Source: Tubulanus polymorphus
Taxonomy: Eukaryota; Animalia; Nemertea
DNA length: 64,000 nt
Reading direction: 5' to 3'
Assembly: GCF_964204645.1 (NCBI RefSeq)
Contig: NC_134027.1
Location: 25,754,560 to 25,818,559 of the forward strand
A program made the translations under genes and the position numbers. Below are positions 60,901 through 64,000 of the stretch, in pieces; positions within the stretch are counted from its first letter, which is position 1, and each line of letters begins with the position of its first letter. The notes beneath the pieces are model-generated. The model was not told the origin of the DNA. It ran no database searches and saw only the letters and a program-made list of their open reading frames with translations.

Positions 60901-63654
60901 GTAGTTATAGAGGAGCCGTGTTAACCTGGTGTCAAATTAGTGAACGAGAGGACAAGGAGTACTGTACAGGTTAACTTGATTTTATCAAAATAGCCACTAT
61001 GCACCTGTATCGAAAGCGCGTATTTTTGATAAAACAAAGTTAACCTACAAAGAACTATCAGTCATTGATTTAACTGATTCAACTTTTAAAGTGATAGCAG
61101 GGCCGAATTAAGGGAATTGGGCTAATCTTGGAGTTTGGACGCCTGCCTTCACGCTGAAGTTGCCATGTTCGCCAAGACAAAGCCAATTAAAACCTGCAAA
61201 GTTCACACTCATCCACTAGGAATTTGCATCTTTTAGGATGTATTCCTTCAGAAATATGTTAACACCGAGGTTGGGACCCTGCTAGTGGCAGTTGACATAT
61301 AGGTTGCTGTATCCGAGAAATGCCTTTTCTTATCTTCTTGACCCCAGCCTTACAATTTTCCGAGATCCACCCCTGCAGAGGAATGATAAAAGTTGTATTC
61401 GTTGTGGCGACATCGAGAACTTACCAGTCAGAATAACTCATCGGTTCACCATTGCTCCACCTCCACGATCTTTCAAGGTTTCTATTACTTAAACCTATGA
61501 ACACTTCGTTACGTTTAGGAGCCCATCTGTACAGTAGCAAATAATGCAAAACGATCATCTCTTCTTCGGTGTTTATCGCCACCAGGTTATAGTAACCTTT
61601 ACCGTAATCTGTACACATCGATTCAGCGTCAAACCAATCTAAAGTGTCATTGACGGCGAAGAATCCGTAACAACTCTTCTTATAGTAGACCCAACCGTCT
61701 AAACATCCAAACGCTAGCCAAAATAAAACAATATAAAATAGTCAGTCGATTGGAACACTGTTATCCATGTCAAGAAAAAGTTCAACGACATTTCATGAGA
61801 TCAAATTTGAAAGATTTAGCAAAATGAAACGACAACTTTTCGGCTGTTGACTAAACAGCAATCATCAGGTGAAAATGACTCATAGCGAATTAGCACAATC
61901 TGTTCCCGCTAATGTTTGTTTTTTTCTAGCTTCTGTTAGGATTCTGTCTTTCTTCAAAATATCATCGCTTAAAATTGTGGGACTTTCCTTTACTCATTTA
62001 AGGATTAGAATTTCAATCTGAAGAAGATGTTTGTACTATTTTTCTCGAAGTAGACAATGTACGAACCTTTCCCGGGTTGGATCTGACTGATGTTCAAAGG
62101 CGGATCATATTTCTGCGTTTCGTATTTGATTTTGAATCCTTTTCCTTCCTTTAGGAGATCAGATCTGAATAGAATATCGATCGACTGAAAACCGGACCAA
62201 ATCACTGGCGGCGGCCTGATATCGTTGCAGTATTTAGACACTGTAAAGTCGTCGCCGTACGGGTTGAAATCGTATATTTCCAACGAATCTCCGATGCATA
62301 TTGAAGTATCGCCGGTTATGTTGAAATCGAGAATTTCTAGTTTGATGTTGTGAGATTGTTTAGTTTTGATCGTCCAGCGGCATTCCGAACGAGCCGGATA
62401 GGCGTACGGATAGTTCGGTGATAACAGATATCCGCACTGTTCCTGACACGGTTCCCGGGTTCCGCATCGACTCGAGCCCATACGACCGCAACCAGGACAA
62501 TCTATAAAGAAATGAACATTTATAAGAATCGATATTAGTGATGTAGCAATAAATCGTTAAATTCCCCGTATTAATTGACCTAAAAGTTTACTAGAATTTA
62601 AGATATATTTGTCGGGTGTTTGCTACCATCCTTCGTCAGCCTAAAAAAAAAAGATTCTGTAAATCCGAATGGAATGATGTAGTTGTCTCAACTATACCTT
62701 ACTTACCCCGAAAACTAAGCTTGACTTTGAAACCATAATCGGCGAACTTTTCAAACGTGTATTTGAAACACGTGTTCAGTCGTAATTCGAGTTGAGACGA
62801 TGAAGATATTATTTCTGGTACTGATTCACTGTTGAATGACAGTGGATCGCTGTACACGGGTTCGCTATCATTCATTTCATTAATGAAAAGTGTATCTCGA
62901 CACGGAGGCAGATCGAACTTTGTCAACGACGATTTCATTATCTTATCATCACCGACCTGAAGAATTCGATTCGGAAATAATTTCATATTTTACGAGTAAT
63001 AATTTGATCTTGGTCTATAATTTCGATGAAACACTCTGTCCATGTTGATTGTGACGATGATCGATAGTAAAAACCAGACAAAAACGAGTTCGAAAGATTT
63101 CCTTGGGTTAGGTTTTATTCCGACGATTTGACTATCGTAAGATGACTATTACATTTAGTCAGAAATGTGGAAATAAACTGTAGCTAAAAAGAAACCTTTT
63201 TGACTCGTTTTTCATTTTTGAAACATGTATCGTATCACAACGAACCTTAAAACTCTCAGGTTTTGGCGCAAGTTTGAAGAATTCAAACTCTAAATCTGGA
63301 TAACTTCCATTTCGGCCTCTGATCTGCCATGTACATTTCAGATTTTGACCGTAATACTCGGGATAGTTCGGGGAGACGATATAACCGGAATCGGTAATTG
63401 TGAACTGACATTGTCTTTCTGCAAAGAAAAGATTTCTTCGTATATAATTCAAAGTGCAAGGACAAGAAAGAAGTTTAAGAAAGAAGTATGATTTTACCGT
63501 GTAATCGCCTGCCGTAGAACTCAACTCTGAAACACGGTTTGATATTCCAGAATTCGTTATTGAACCTCACGTAACGCGCTACTACGCTTCTATCGAGAGC
63601 TATATAAAAGTACTCTTCAGTGGCGTAGAAAACCGTGGCCGTTGTTTGCATCGC
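54916..63654 (-). CDS. GRL101: GRL101-like LDLa/LRR-containing GPCR (LGR type C) with discoidin, 2 CUB and C-type lectin domains and a kinase-like C-tail; 5' end not found, probably beyond the window
   Basis: Phase-compatible exons: 63654-63498 (FA58C C-terminal part, [17 protein letters not shown]); 63418-63246 and 62956-62707 (CUB1); 62501-62067 (CUB2); 61713-61425 and 60893-60739 (CTLD); 60657-60493, 60119-60006, 59919-59800, 59584-59495, 59405-59226, 59065-58949 (LDLa); 58866-57298 (LDLa, LRRs, FSSCTDLM hinge, TM1-6); 56947-56806 (TM7, [13 protein letters not shown]); 56331-56267, 55800-55562, 55056-54916 (tail and stop). Confidence 0.9.
55981..56190 (+). mobile_element. SINE fragment with Deu/Nin-type domain (intronic)
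   Basis: CATTGCCTCTCTCTCCACCCAGCAGAGTAAATGGGTACCTGGC ... GAGTTATAGGCTGGGGGTAAT ... GCACTATATGAATGTCAATTATCAT tail. Confidence 0.7.
59649..59777. mobile_element. MITE, same family as 17493-17727
   Basis: GGGCCCAGTTGCTCAGTCGTGAC ... GTCACTATGCAACTGGCTCC. Confidence 0.65.
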
Positions 63655-63915
63655 CTGTGAAAAAAGACAATTTATTAAGCACACGTGGCGATATTTCAGT
63701 GATGATATCCTTTTATTGAAATCTTTTATGGATATATACAGTAAATTGTGTATGAACATAGGGAAAGGACAATAGGCAAGCCAGGAGGTTGTACTCTAGT
63801 GGAGATCTATATTACCATAATCATTTGAGATTTTTCTAAATCCAATTTTCAGTGAAGCGGTAAAAATATCTAATATGTGATCACTATGGAATTATTCATT
63901 ATCTTCAATACCCCA

Positions 63916-64000
63916 GGGACCGGTTTTATATGCTGGTATTACCTCTAACTCGGGGGCTAACTCAATTCATTATCAATAGAGTTAGCCCTCGGGTTAAAGG
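63916..64000. mobile_element. MITE, same family as 11292-11402, cut by the window end
   Basis: GGGACCGGTTTTATATGCTGGTATTACC...GGGCTAACTCAAT...GAGTTAGCCCTCGGGTTAAAGG. Confidence 0.65.

Noticed and set aside
61325-61372. Candidate CTLD exon after the CAG at 61373
   Set aside because: In-frame stop after 14 codons; exon 60893-60739 completes the lectin domain instead.

Overview
AT-rich, intron-containing eukaryotic (invertebrate, probably spiralian/lophotrochozoan) genomic DNA; no prokaryotic features. In order: (1) an intronless class A peptide-receptor-like GPCR (766-1833, +). (2) A 7-PDZ GRIP gene (+, 18 common coding exons from 14810 to 29652, plus two candidate alternative first exons at 8168 and 10856). 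(3) A tandemly duplicated spacer region followed by four intronless GPCR paralogues (36283-45963, +). (4) Three tandem 3-exon SLC16/MCT-family transporters (46287-53988, -). (5) A 5'-truncated GRL101-type LGR receptor (54916-63654, -) with a discoidin-CUB-CUB-C-type lectin-7xLDLa-LRR-7TM architecture and a kinase-C-lobe-like cytoplasmic tail that the ORF track misses. Non-coding DNA holds a Penelope-like retroelement remnant, several foldback elements centred on minimal hammerhead-ribozyme motifs, Deu/Nin-type SINEs, a Helentron-like element, small MITEs and minisatellites that appear to derive from transposon ends. All exon coordinates were read by eye from GT/AG sites and frame continuity, and family assignments come from remembered motifs, not database searches.
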